From positions 32,001 to 96,000 of the IMG/VR virus record IMGVR_UViG_3300043446_003513: a stretch of 64,000 nucleotides of DNA, one strand, 5' to 3'. Both the position numbers and the translations under genes were made by a program. Positions within the stretch are counted from its first letter, which is position 1. The number at the start of each line of letters is the position of its first letter. Under the pieces are notes generated by a model. It saw nothing but the letters and a program-made list of their open reading frames with translations. It was not told the origin of the DNA and searched no databases. Positions 36,437-46,279 of the stretch are shown one piece after another. The DNA is from a virus.

Positions 36437-36701
36437 TTATCATGTCCAAAAGTTTATTTTTTTGTTTAATATTAGTTTTTTTATTACATGTAGAACATAT
36501 ATTAGATTGGTTATATCTGCTTAATTTAGTCTTACATTTTTTACACTGTCTAATTGCGCCATTTCTAATAGCTTTTTTCTCATAATATTTTTCCATTATT
36601 CTTTTGTTAGTAGCAACTCTGCAGCATTCGTCAGAACAATACTTTTGATTATGAGTCTTTGGCTCAAATTCTGTAGCACACTCCTTGTTATAACAAATCA
36701 A
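36423..36701 (-). CDS. zinc-finger protein
   Basis: multiple CxxC motifs. Confidence 0.7.
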   Translation of the reverse strand: MICYNKECATEFEPKTHNQKYCSDECCRVATNKRIMEKYYEKKAIRNGAIRQCKKCKTKLSRYNQSNICSTCNKKTNIKQKNKLLDMINEIS

Positions 36702-37474
36702 TTTTTAAATACCTCTAGTGGCTCTATTTGTACTGTTCCAGTCTCCATAGACCAACAAGCTTTTTTGGCTGGACAATACTTGCAAACCGAACTTGATTTT
36801 GTATACGGCCTCATTGGGAGGTCGCCTTCTTTAAAGTTGTCCCAGACCTCGCACATCCAAATAAATGTATCCTCAATAATCTTTTTATTTCTTGCATTCA
36901 TTTGAATTGGAATAATTAATACTTCTTGAGTATTTTTATTTTCATACAAAAAGAAACCTTCTTTTACATTCATTAATTTCATATAAATTAAAAGTTGTAT
37001 CAAATGGTTTGGCGATGGATCCATGGTGGCCTGTCTGGTGTCCCAAACCTCCTGCTTTGCAGTTTTGATTTCTCCGAGAACTTCGGTTCCATCCCAGTCT
37101 AAAACTAGATCTATAAATCCTCTTATTGGTGGGTATTCATTTTTAATTTCTTTTTCTTCTTCTTTTAAAATTCCAATACTACTAATTAATTTTTGTAATC
37201 TTTCATGAGCCTGTGTTCCCTGCATCATATTAGCCAAGGCTATTGAGTCTTGATCTTCTATAAACATAACCCCAGTAAATGCTAGATACCAATATCTTGG
37301 ACAATTTCCTTTTCCATATCCGATAGTACTAGGGCTAAAGGAATGCTTTGTTGTTACCTGATCTTCTCTTTTTGTTGCTAGGTAAGCTTCATCTAGCATA
37401 GAGGCAAACTTTTGTGGATCAAAATCACCTGTAGATTTTTTAAATTTTAAATTACTTACAATTTCTCTTCCCAT
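36698..37474 (-). CDS. Cas4/PD-(D/E)xK-family exonuclease
   Basis: CPR, GT..H, RGFID, EIKT, Q..IY, CKYCP...C. Confidence 0.85.
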   Translation of the reverse strand: MGREIVSNLKFKKSTGDFDPQKFASMLDEAYLATKREDQVTTKHSFSPSTIGYGKGNCPRYWYLAFTGVMFIEDQDSIALANMMQGTQAHERLQKLISSIGILKEEEKEIKNEYPPIRGFIDLVLDWDGTEVLGEIKTAKQEVWDTRQATMDPSPNHLIQLLIYMKLMNVKEGFFLYENKNTQEVLIIPIQMNARNKKIIEDTFIWMCEVWDNFKEGDLPMRPYTKSSSVCKYCPAKKACWSMETGTVQIEPLEVFKN

Positions 37475-37809
37475 TATGAATTATATCGAACAACGTATTT
37501 GAGGGCATCAACTAGTTTGTCCAAAGCCTCCTTAACAGAGTAGTAAACATTCTTTTTATTATTATTGTCTGTTCCAGCCTTGTCCTTCATAATAGTAGAA
37601 TATATTGAAGCTAGGACTGAAAATTTAGTAGACATTGCTTGCAATTCAATAATTAATTGTGGTGCTTTTGCGGCTGGGACGTCTGGGTTCATTAGTAATT
37701 TTACCACAATTGATAATACTTTGTCTAAATGTTCATCTTTCATAAATTCATGCAAATCATTAAACTCTGTAATTTCACTTATTAATTCTAAAGTGTTTTT
37801 ATTTTCCAA
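37474..37809 (-). CDS. hypothetical helical protein
   Basis: operon packing. Confidence 0.7.
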   Translation of the reverse strand: MENKNTLELISEITEFNDLHEFMKDEHLDKVLSIVVKLLMNPDVPAAKAPQLIIELQAMSTKFSVLASIYSTIMKDKAGTDNNNKKNVYYSVKEALDKLVDALKYVVRYNS

Positions 37810-38691
37810 TTATATTTTCCTTCCGTCAATAAAGTTTATATTTTTTCTATCATTTATTTCCTTTAACTTTTTTTCATCAACATATTGTTCAAATTCCATA
37901 TTTTTTATATTGCATAATCCTAATTTAAGATCTAAAGATGTTCTTATTGTATATCTTGGCCCACCAATTGGGTATCTTGCTGAATGGAAATATGGGAAAA
38001 AAGAAGGAAAAACAATTATGTCCCCAGCCTGTGGTTTATATGAAATTATTTTTTTGTCTAAATCTAAAAATTCTATTTCTCCATCATCATAATCATCATT
38101 TAAATAAAACATCATAGAAATTATATGTTCTGAATTTGTTTTTGTTGCATCTGTATGAAATGAAAGAAGCGGCCATTCTGAAGACTGATAATCATACTTA
38201 AAAAATGTAAGTTGTGAATGGTCTTCTGGATTGTTTAAAACACTCATTTTTTTTATTAATGAGAAGTCTGCTGGCCAAATTTTACTTTCTTGATAAGTAT
38301 TTAAATAGTCTGACAATACATTATATTTTATATTAATAATTTTTTCTAAAATATGACATTCAATTTCCTGTTTTGATTTTTTTAAAATATTTTCTTTTTC
38401 TGAAAAATTTTTTATAATATTTTTGTTTAAAGAAACATGATGTCCCCATTCAGAAAATTTTTTTTGATTAAATTCAACGCTATATCCATGCATTACAGAT
38501 CCCCTATATAAATTTTTAAATGTATGAAGGTACACGGAATCTAATATATTTTTGTATTCTTCTTCATGATTACACATAACTGTACAGTTATGAAAATATA
38601 ATGATGAATCTAAAAGATCAATAATTTTTTTATCATAATTTAATAAATTTTTATAAACAACAACATGATCTAGCAATTCTTTTTTTATCAT
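37810..38691 (-). CDS. 2OG-Fe(II) oxygenase, prolyl-4-hydroxylase-like
   Basis: FHTD...YLNDDYDDGEIEF...PYFHSA...RY. Confidence 0.85.
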   Translation of the reverse strand: MIKKELLDHVVVYKNLLNYDKKIIDLLDSSLYFHNCTVMCNHEEEYKNILDSVYLHTFKNLYRGSVMHGYSVEFNQKKFSEWGHHVSLNKNIIKNFSEKENILKKSKQEIECHILEKIINIKYNVLSDYLNTYQESKIWPADFSLIKKMSVLNNPEDHSQLTFFKYDYQSSEWPLLSFHTDATKTNSEHIISMMFYLNDDYDDGEIEFLDLDKKIISYKPQAGDIIVFPSFFPYFHSARYPIGGPRYTIRTSLDLKLGLCNIKNMEFEQYVDEKKLKEINDRKNINFIDGRKI

Positions 38692-39656
38692 ATCACTCTT
38701 CCATCCAAATAAATACTTTTTGATCTTTCTATAAACAAAGGCTCCTCGGGATTGTTTGGATTTACTTCATTTTCTCCTATAAAAATAATCTGTCTTGCAT
38801 TTACTCCATCATTAACTCTTTCAATGACTTTTTCTTTTTCTATTTCAAGCCATTGTTCAACTCCCATCCGTGCAGAGCTTTCCAACCAATTTTTTGATCC
38901 AATAAATAACTTCGTTCCAAAAACTCTTATAAACATTTTATTGTCTCCAGAGTGTGCCGCTCTTGCTGCATGCCAATACGGTCTTCCTGAAGGGAATACG
39001 GTTATGTCTCCCCTCTTAGGCTTATATGTAATCATTTTTTTTTCATCTTCTATAAAAAAATCTATTTCTCCGCCTTCATAATTATCATTTAAATAAAATG
39101 TATAAGTCAATATTTGTTTTGGCCCTGGCCATTCCCATCTTTGTGAATGCCAATCAGTATGAACACCAATTGTAAATTCATTTTCTAAATTATTTTTATG
39201 TTCTAAAATTTCTATTCTTCCAAGATACAACCCATCTGGATCATTTATTAATCTAAAATTTTTACCAGCGTACTCTGGCCAAGGATGTGATTCGTATATG
39301 TCAAAATAATTATTGTGGACGTCTGTTAATTTTTTAGCAATTAAATTGCTGACCTCTAATTGTTTTTTACCAACGTCGTTTAAATTTTCATAATCTATAT
39401 CCACTCCGCCTAAAAATGTAGTTTTTTCCCCAAATGTATACCACTTGGTCCATGTTGTAATTATTGTTCCATCTTTTCTATCAACAGAAGGATGTCCATG
39501 ATAGTCATAATAAGAAGAATCAATTGGTTCTGAAGTAGGAATATGAGAGGTATCTTGTCTAGATTTTTTAATTGTATCAAAAATTAAATCTAATTCTTCT
39601 AAAGAAAATACATCTTTATAAATATGAACCTTGTCCATAATTTTAATATTTCTCAT
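38688..39656 (-). CDS. 2OG-Fe(II) oxygenase, prolyl-4-hydroxylase-like
   Basis: VHTD...YLNDNYEGGEIDF...PYWHAA. Confidence 0.85.
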   Translation of the reverse strand: MRNIKIMDKVHIYKDVFSLEELDLIFDTIKKSRQDTSHIPTSEPIDSSYYDYHGHPSVDRKDGTIITTWTKWYTFGEKTTFLGGVDIDYENLNDVGKKQLEVSNLIAKKLTDVHNNYFDIYESHPWPEYAGKNFRLINDPDGLYLGRIEILEHKNNLENEFTIGVHTDWHSQRWEWPGPKQILTYTFYLNDNYEGGEIDFFIEDEKKMITYKPKRGDITVFPSGRPYWHAARAAHSGDNKMFIRVFGTKLFIGSKNWLESSARMGVEQWLEIEKEKVIERVNDGVNARQIIFIGENEVNPNNPEEPLFIERSKSIYLDGRVI

Positions 39657-39788
39657 TTAAAAATCCTTTTATGTTTTACAAGATAGGGTCCTAGATCTGA
39701 CTTTATTCTACTATCTTTGTCTATCCTTACTATTCTACCATTTTTTATAATAGTTCGATTTTGAGGATACTTCTTTTTCCTTTGACCA

Positions 39789-40097
39789 CTAGACATTCTT
39801 TCCCTCCCGTTCTTCTAATAACTGCTCTAATAAAGACCATTCTATTACAGCTAATCTAGTTTTATTGTTGTCTTTGCCCAATATTAATTTAAGAACTGGG
39901 TATTTGTCTCTGTTTACCTTAAATGTATCTGTACAAATTTTTGCCCAAATAGATTGAGATATAGATATAGACTTTTCATATTCTTTATAGTCTACGACAA
40001 AATCTTTCCATTGTGCATCGCCTTTACTATAATCTCCTCTGCCACTATTTTTTTGCTGTTTTGCATTATCTCTTTTGGCTTCAGATCTCTCAGACAT
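39789..40097 (-). CDS. PD-(D/E)xK endonuclease / Holliday-junction-resolvase-like
   Basis: NSGRG...KGDA...VDYK. Confidence 0.65.
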   Translation of the reverse strand: MSERSEAKRDNAKQQKNSGRGDYSKGDAQWKDFVVDYKEYEKSISISQSIWAKICTDTFKVNRDKYPVLKLILGKDNNKTRLAVIEWSLLEQLLEEREGKNV

Positions 40098-40282
40098 TAT
40101 TGCACCTGAAATTTATTTTTGTGTTCATTCCCGCATTCCCAAATTAATATTTTTTCTACAGGATCCCATAATGCTCCTTCAACATCCAGGTCACAATATG
40201 CACATCCTCTTATGCCACCCAGCTCTTCATAATTATTATTTGTTGGTTTTGGTTTATTTATAAACTCATTTATATTTGGCAT
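40097..40282 (-). CDS. small zinc-ribbon protein
   Basis: CAYC...WECGNEH; start refined. Confidence 0.65.
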   Translation of the reverse strand: MPNINEFINKPKPTNNNYEELGGIRGCAYCDLDVEGALWDPVEKILIWECGNEHKNKFQVQ

Positions 40283-41273
40283 ACACTTCACTTGTAATTT
40301 TAGCAAGCACCTCTGGGTTATCTCTTAAATACTGTACAGTTTTGGATCTACCCTGCAATCTTTCTCCGTTTACAGTATACCAAGCTCCTCCTTTTTCTAC
40401 AACGCCGCACATTTCTGCAACATCTAAGGTTTCGCCAACCAAGTCTACACCGAGAACATCCCCTTGGTAGTAGAAGTCGTACTGTCCAGATAAATTTGGG
40501 GGGCCGAGTTTGTTGTAATCAATAATCCAATTAACTGGCCTTCCGATTTTTTGTTCAATAATTTTGTCGCCAACTTTAACGCCAGCTTTAATAGCATTCG
40601 CCTCAGCCTCAGAAGACCAGAGCTTGATGACAGTGGAAGAAAAGAACTTAACTGCCATCCCACCCGTGGGTATGTGCGAAGCATGCATAGATCCAAATTG
40701 ATTTCGTTGTTGTGATATGAGAATAAGTAATGTGTTCTTGTTTGCATAATTTAACATTTTGACTGCGTGGGTCATATCCTTTGCTTCTGCGCCGATTTGC
40801 TTTGTATCTTGCAAATCTTTTAATTCATTTCCATCTTTTTCAAAATAAATAGCTGGTAGCAAAGCTGAAATGGAATCTACAACAATTATATCCACATCTG
40901 CTTCCATGAGGCTTGTGGCAACATCTACCATATCGTTTACAGTTTTAGCTGGAGAATAAATTAATTTTTCTGAATCAACTCCAAGCTGACTGGCCCAATC
41001 TGCTGAATATGAATGCTCGGCATCTATCCATGCACAAGTTTTACCCTCTTGTTGTGCCAACGCAATTAATTGTAGACAAAAAGAAGACTTGCCAGCAGAT
41101 TTATTTCCCCACACAAGAACCTGTCTTCCATATCCAAGACCTCCTTGAAGAGCAAAATTTAATCCGATGCTTGGTGTGGGCTGCTTAATAATTTGTACAT
41201 CTACTGCTGACTGAACCCTACTTCTAGTTTTAGGATCGAGTTTAGCTAATACATCGTTTATCTGTATCGTCAT
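40266..41273 (-). CDS. recA: RecA-like recombinase
   Basis: GNKSAGKS, WIDAEH, VVDSISAL, GGMAVKF, KGGAWY. Confidence 0.92.
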   Translation of the reverse strand: MTIQINDVLAKLDPKTRSRVQSAVDVQIIKQPTPSIGLNFALQGGLGYGRQVLVWGNKSAGKSSFCLQLIALAQQEGKTCAWIDAEHSYSADWASQLGVDSEKLIYSPAKTVNDMVDVATSLMEADVDIIVVDSISALLPAIYFEKDGNELKDLQDTKQIGAEAKDMTHAVKMLNYANKNTLLILISQQRNQFGSMHASHIPTGGMAVKFFSSTVIKLWSSEAEANAIKAGVKVGDKIIEQKIGRPVNWIIDYNKLGPPNLSGQYDFYYQGDVLGVDLVGETLDVAEMCGVVEKGGAWYTVNGERLQGRSKTVQYLRDNPEVLAKITSEVYAKYK

Positions 41274-41276
41274 GTT

Positions 41277-41612
41277 CTACCTTCTATAAAATGGGCTATT
41301 GTAATCAACAAACCCTACCTCTAAATTTCCTCTTGTGCATTGAAATCCAATTGAATTTGATGGCCTCTCCCCATCAGATTCATATCTTAATTCAAAACCC
41401 ATTTCATCAGTATCTTGATTATATGTTACACACATCATGCTTCCATTATTTGTTATAAAATCATTTGGCCAAACCTGTTCGTTATCTATTAATTCATTAA
41501 AAATAGATCTTGGAACAAAAATTTTTCCATGATGTTTTAGTATAGCCACTAAGGCTGATGTTGCTCTTAATTTTTCAAATATGATTCTGTTTATATCTAG
41601 TTCTTCAGACAT
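41277..41612 (-). CDS. hypothetical protein (related to 41968..42174)
   Basis: leaderless promoter; shared FEKL.A...LVAIL pattern. Confidence 0.65.
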   Translation of the reverse strand: MSEELDINRIIFEKLRATSALVAILKHHGKIFVPRSIFNELIDNEQVWPNDFITNNGSMMCVTYNQDTDEMGFELRYESDGERPSNSIGFQCTRGNLEVGFVDYNSPFYRR

Positions 41613-41627
41613 AATATCATTATAGCA

Positions 41628-41978
41628 TTAAAATAAATTGCCGTGAAGCTTCGGGCGTTCTTTATTTTTATTAATTTTTGATTCTAATATTTCGTCTAAG
41701 CTATGTAAAACCATTTCTTCATTTCTCATTGCAGCATAAACATCTAGCAATCTAATAATAACGTCTGCCATTTCTTCTACAACCTTTTCGCTACCATGAT
41801 TTTTTCTAATTGCTTCTAATACTTCGGTAACTTCAGAATGAACAAGGGCTAATTTATTTCCAAGCTTATCGTAATTTGTTTGTCCGTCCCAAAAACCTTT
41901 TTCTTTAGCTGTTTCATGAAGTAGTGCAGATAATGCATCCAAACCATAATCTGTCATCAAAGAAATATTACTGTTCAT
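41628..41978 (-). CDS. MazG-like nucleotide pyrophosphohydrolase
   Basis: LALVHSEVTEVLEA...EEMADVIIRLLD. Confidence 0.85.
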   Translation of the reverse strand: MNSNISLMTDYGLDALSALLHETAKEKGFWDGQTNYDKLGNKLALVHSEVTEVLEAIRKNHGSEKVVEEMADVIIRLLDVYAAMRNEEMVLHSLDEILESKINKNKERPKLHGNLF

Positions 41979-42174
41979 TAGTATCCTCTTTAATCTTAAA
42001 TGTGAAACGATTTGTTTCATCATCGTAATCAACTTGAAGTTGTTTATCTTGTGCCACCATATTTATAAATGAATCTGCAGAAATAGAAATTTGTTTTTGA
42101 TCTTCTAAAATTGCAACCAATATTCTACTTGCAGTTAACATTTTAAAAATTTCTTCTGGAGTTTGCTCTGTCAT
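41968..42174 (-). CDS. hypothetical protein
   Basis: AAGGAG RBS, overlap with dnaE. Confidence 0.7.
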   Translation of the reverse strand: MTEQTPEEIFKMLTASRILVAILEDQKQISISADSFINMVAQDKQLQVDYDDETNRFTFKIKEDTNEQ

Positions 42175-45100
42175 TTTATCTCCTTTATCATTAAAGTTCC
42201 GTCATCCAATTTGGATAACACTACCTTACATTTCATACCCTCACGCATTTTGGCAAGGGAAGTCTTATACATGGCTGGAAATGCAATAGCTCTAGTTAAT
42301 TCTTTAGACTTATTACTAAGTACAATATGGCTCATCATCTTTCCAGCCTTTGTTTTATATGGGGTAAAGTTTACTACAATATACTCATCGTCTTGTAGAT
42401 CATATTCTTTTCTATAAAGATAATCAACAAACAAGTCCGAAGCATTTGGATCAATTTCCTTAACATTTATATACCTTGCAATTCTATTATCTCCAACTAA
42501 AATAAAATACATTTGATTTGGTTCAATCTGTGTGTCTTCGTGATGAAACAAACCAATAGATCCAGTTTCGTCTACAAGCTCAACTCTTGCCCAACCTGTG
42601 CCACGCTTAATACTTTTGACCATTCCAAACATTACAAAAGATCCTAGGTCATCAAAATCTTCAATCGGCCTAGCCTGTGCTTTAATTCTTGGAGGGATTC
42701 CAGATAAATTAAATGCTGGTATTCCAAGATACTCGTAGTAGTTATCTTTTTCATTTCCAGACCTTGGGTTATCTTCAAATGCTGCTCCACCAATAGAATT
42801 TAGTGCATCTATAGCCCTGCTATTAATCCCGCTACCCTTGGTAGATGCAATATCCATAAACTCTTTATAATTTTTAAATGGTCTTTTTTCTATAATCTTA
42901 TTAGCAATATTGTCTGAAATATATTTAATTTCAGCTAAACCAAATCTAATAGAATTGTCTTTTAATGAAAAATACATTTCAGACTCATTAATATGTGGTA
43001 ACAGGATCTTTAATCCAAGTCTTTTTGCCTCAATTAAATATTCCGTTCTAGCATCCTTATCGTTTTCATTTTTAAGAATTGAAAACATGAAATCCAAGGG
43101 GTAATAATACTTGAGCCAAGCTGTCCAATAAGATAACATACTGTAAGCAACGGCGTGAGAACGATTAAAAGAATAGCCCGCATGAGCCTCAAAGTCATGC
43201 CATAACGCTTCCGCCTTCTTTTCTCCAATATGCCTTGAAGCTCCAAGAACAAATTTTTCTTTAAACTGGTCGAATTCCTTTGCATCCTTCTTCTTTCCAA
43301 TGATCTTTCTTACCTTGTCAGCTTCTGACCAAGACATACCGCCCAGATAAACGCAAGCTTGCATAACCTGTTCTTGGTAAATAATAACTCCATAAGTATT
43401 TTTTGTAAACGGTTGCATAATTTCATGAACATAACTTGTTGCTTCTTTTCCGTGCTTTCTATTAATATAAGAAGCGCCAACAGTATTCATGGCTCCAGGC
43501 CTAATTAAAGCATTTGATGCAGCCAAATCTTCAAAAGTAGAAACTCCCATTTTCATCAACAAATTAGTATATGGAGTTGCTTCGGCTTGAAATACTCCCT
43601 TTGTGTATCCTTCACTTAGTGTTTGATAAACCAATTGATCATTCATTTCTAAATCAGATAAAATAATTGTTTTATTATGTCTTTTCTTTATTGATTCTAA
43701 AGTATCAGAAATAACAGATAAGGTTTTTAATCCAAGGGCATCTAGCTTAATTAATCCGATATCTGCTACTGTATCCATATCGTACGCAACAACTGGAATT
43801 CTTCCAGAAACTTTATCATTAGCATCTTCTCTAGACTCAACTGGAGCATAAGACCTTAGTTCATCTTTTGCAACAACAACTCCAGCAGCATGAACTCCTA
43901 CTGATCTTATTCTTCCGCGAAGTTTTTCCGCAAGTCCGACAACTTCTGGATACTTTGCTCTAAAGTCTTTTGTGTTTGGAGATTCCATAAAATCTTCAAA
44001 AGTATCTACTGGTTTTAACGCTCTATTTACTTCTTGAAGCGGAACCATAAATACACGTGCCGCATCTCTAACAACGCCTTTATCTTTAAAGTAAGTAAAT
44101 GTAGATATAGAGGCAACATGCTTAAATTTCTTTTTTAAATAATCTTTAACTTCCTTACGACGGCGATCTTCAAAATCTGTATCGATATCTGGAAAATCAT
44201 TTCGTTCAGGATTAATAAATCTAAAAAACAAAAGGTCGTATTCAATTGGATCGACATCTGTTATTCCTAGTAAATAACAAACCAACGATCCTGCCGCCGA
44301 TCCACGACCTGGCCCAACCATTATATTTTGAGACTTAGCCCAATTAATCATATCTGCAACTACTAAAAAGTAAGACGCAAAACTTTTTTCTTTAATTATA
44401 TTTAATTCTTCATATAGTCTAATTTCATATTTGTCATTTCCCAGCCACGATGAAGTCAGGTGTAGGTCTTCAAGGGCTTTAAAGGCCATCTCAGCCAACT
44501 TTTCATCGGCATTGGTCTTAGGTACTGGCAAAAGATCTAAGCCCTGTTTAAAATCGTACTCCTCAATTTTATTGGCTATCTCTACAGAATTATCATAAAT
44601 ATCTGTTCTTGAAATTCCAGCTTTATTAAAATCAAATTCTATTTGATTTCTTGTCTGAACAAATAAATTGTAGTCCTGAAAAGAAATTTTTCTATCTGGA
44701 TATAAATAATTAAATCTATCTAGTATATTTTTCATATTTCTAGACATATCAAAATCTGCATCTTTATCCATCTTGGGAGATGTAGAAAGAATTAATAAAG
44801 CTTCCTCTAAAATCCTATCTTCTTCTTTTGCAAAATGGCAATCTCCTGTTGCTACTGGCTTAATGCCCAATTCGTCAGCTAAATTTAAAAGAGCATTATT
44901 TACTTCTGCTGGATTATGAGACTGAACTTCCACGTAAAAGTCATCTTTAAATGTTTTCTTAAAGTCTTTTAATAAAAGCTTAGCAGAAGAAAGATCTCCC
45001 TTTTCTATAGCCTTGCTTACAAGTCCATTTAAACATCCGCTAAGAACAATAACGCCTTCGCTATATTCATTCAAAACTTCCCTATCGATTCTAGGCTTAT

Positions 45101-45452
45101 GGTAAAAACCTTCATTCCATGCAATCTCTTGAAGCCTATTTATATTTTCTAGACCCTTTTTATTTTTAGCCAATAAAATAATATGGTTGTAAGCTTGAAT
45201 ACTTTTATCCGTTTTAGAAGATTTATCAAACCTGTCAGTTGGAGAAATATATGCTTCTACACCGAGGATTGGTTTTACTCCTAGCTCTTTGCAAGCTATT
45301 TGCATTTCTCTATGTGACGACAATGTTCCATGATCAGTAATTGCTATAGCGGTTTGACCTGCATCTAATGCAGCTTGAGCTAACTCTTTAGGAGAGTTAA
45401 GCCCATCCATCAAGGAATAATATGAATGAACATGTAAGTGTACAAACTTCAT
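42171..45452 (-). CDS. dnaE: DNA polymerase III alpha subunit
   Basis: PHP HLHVHS..S..DG, AITDHG, GRGSAAGSLV, PDIDTD, YSFNRSHA. Confidence 0.95.
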   Translation of the reverse strand: MKFVHLHVHSYYSLMDGLNSPKELAQAALDAGQTAIAITDHGTLSSHREMQIACKELGVKPILGVEAYISPTDRFDKSSKTDKSIQAYNHIILLAKNKKGLENINRLQEIAWNEGFYHKPRIDREVLNEYSEGVIVLSGCLNGLVSKAIEKGDLSSAKLLLKDFKKTFKDDFYVEVQSHNPAEVNNALLNLADELGIKPVATGDCHFAKEEDRILEEALLILSTSPKMDKDADFDMSRNMKNILDRFNYLYPDRKISFQDYNLFVQTRNQIEFDFNKAGISRTDIYDNSVEIANKIEEYDFKQGLDLLPVPKTNADEKLAEMAFKALEDLHLTSSWLGNDKYEIRLYEELNIIKEKSFASYFLVVADMINWAKSQNIMVGPGRGSAAGSLVCYLLGITDVDPIEYDLLFFRFINPERNDFPDIDTDFEDRRRKEVKDYLKKKFKHVASISTFTYFKDKGVVRDAARVFMVPLQEVNRALKPVDTFEDFMESPNTKDFRAKYPEVVGLAEKLRGRIRSVGVHAAGVVVAKDELRSYAPVESREDANDKVSGRIPVVAYDMDTVADIGLIKLDALGLKTLSVISDTLESIKKRHNKTIILSDLEMNDQLVYQTLSEGYTKGVFQAEATPYTNLLMKMGVSTFEDLAASNALIRPGAMNTVGASYINRKHGKEATSYVHEIMQPFTKNTYGVIIYQEQVMQACVYLGGMSWSEADKVRKIIGKKKDAKEFDQFKEKFVLGASRHIGEKKAEALWHDFEAHAGYSFNRSHAVAYSMLSYWTAWLKYYYPLDFMFSILKNENDKDARTEYLIEAKRLGLKILLPHINESEMYFSLKDNSIRFGLAEIKYISDNIANKIIEKRPFKNYKEFMDIASTKGSGINSRAIDALNSIGGAAFEDNPRSGNEKDNYYEYLGIPAFNLSGIPPRIKAQARPIEDFDDLGSFVMFGMVKSIKRGTGWARVELVDETGSIGLFHHEDTQIEPNQMYFILVGDNRIARYINVKEIDPNASDLFVDYLYRKEYDLQDDEYIVVNFTPYKTKAGKMMSHIVLSNKSKELTRAIAFPAMYKTSLAKMREGMKCKVVLSKLDDGTLMIKEIK

Positions 45453-45476
45453 ATCTTCCGCCTTTTCTTATTCATG

Positions 45477-45549
45477 TACCCAGAGTGGGATTTGAACCCA
45501 CGCTTTATAGATTTTAAGTCTATTGCCTCTGCCACTGGGCTACCTGGGC
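45477..45549 (-). tRNA. tRNA-Leu (TAA) with short variable loop
   Basis: ATAGA-CTTAAAA-TCTAT anticodon arm, 5-nt variable loop, TTCAAAT. Confidence 0.85.
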
Positions 45550-45556
45550 CCCTCTA

Positions 45557-46225
45557 CTACCAGTCTAAATTGCTGCTGGTTGCAGAATTCGATTCGCTGT
45601 TAGCCTCTCCAGAGAAAAAAGACTCTTGTTCGGCATATGGCAAGTCCCTGACTGCTGTTGCCTCAAGATCATATAGATCCAAAGATGATGAATCAAACGC
45701 TGTCTCATCTTTTGCTAGAGGAATAATTGTATAGCTTGTATCTGTTTTTGTTCCAGTTCGCTTAATTCTCCACATCAAATTTGTGATGCTTCCCATTTCG
45801 CCAGCATATTCAATTAGTGTAGGTGTAACAGTCTTTCCACTAGAACCCTGTGATAAGATTGCTACATATGGCTCTTCTTTGCCATCATCGACAAGCACGT
45901 TGATATACAAACGAGACTTGCCCTTCCAGCCAGCCTTATAATCTTTTCTATGTTGCTCGCAACCCCAGCATTTGCCCTGATCTTCCATCGAGCACAATGC
46001 CTTGCGGCGATAATCTTTTGGATTTGTATGTTCTACTGCAATAAAACCCAGACCATTTTTTTGACTATATGTTGGTGAATCTGGATCTAGTTCTTGAAGA
46101 AATCTAATCTTGACGCTTTCTGAATCTTCAAGCTTTACCCATCTGGCCTTACTTCCTTCTCCAGATGTAATTTGTGGTTTATCCATTACTTTGTTTAGAT
46201 CTTTTAGACCTTTAACGATACCCAT
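45557..46225 (-). CDS. ssDNA-binding protein (gp32-like)
   Basis: KIRFL, CxxC/H zinc site, IKRTGTKTDTSY, acidic tail ending W; replication cluster. Confidence 0.75.
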   Translation of the reverse strand: MGIVKGLKDLNKVMDKPQITSGEGSKARWVKLEDSESVKIRFLQELDPDSPTYSQKNGLGFIAVEHTNPKDYRRKALCSMEDQGKCWGCEQHRKDYKAGWKGKSRLYINVLVDDGKEEPYVAILSQGSSGKTVTPTLIEYAGEMGSITNLMWRIKRTGTKTDTSYTIIPLAKDETAFDSSSLDLYDLEATAVRDLPYAEQESFFSGEANSESNSATSSNLDW

Positions 46226-46279
46226 TTATATCTCCTTCTGTATAGTTGATGGTATATATCCATCTGTTCTTTCATTATA

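Noticed and set aside
36698-37474. Cas4-like gene as a sign of CRISPR-Cas
   Set aside because: No cas1, cas2 or repeat-spacer array; stand-alone Cas4-like exonucleases are common in phage recombination modules.
37565-38092. + strand ORFs within the - strand arm (e.g. 37565, 46583, 46665, 56636)
   Set aside because: Antisense to well-supported genes, with no motifs or RBS.
42171-45452. Intein or intron in dnaE, terL, recA or the helicase
   Set aside because: Lengths are normal, motifs are contiguous, and no splicing or homing-endonuclease motifs were seen.
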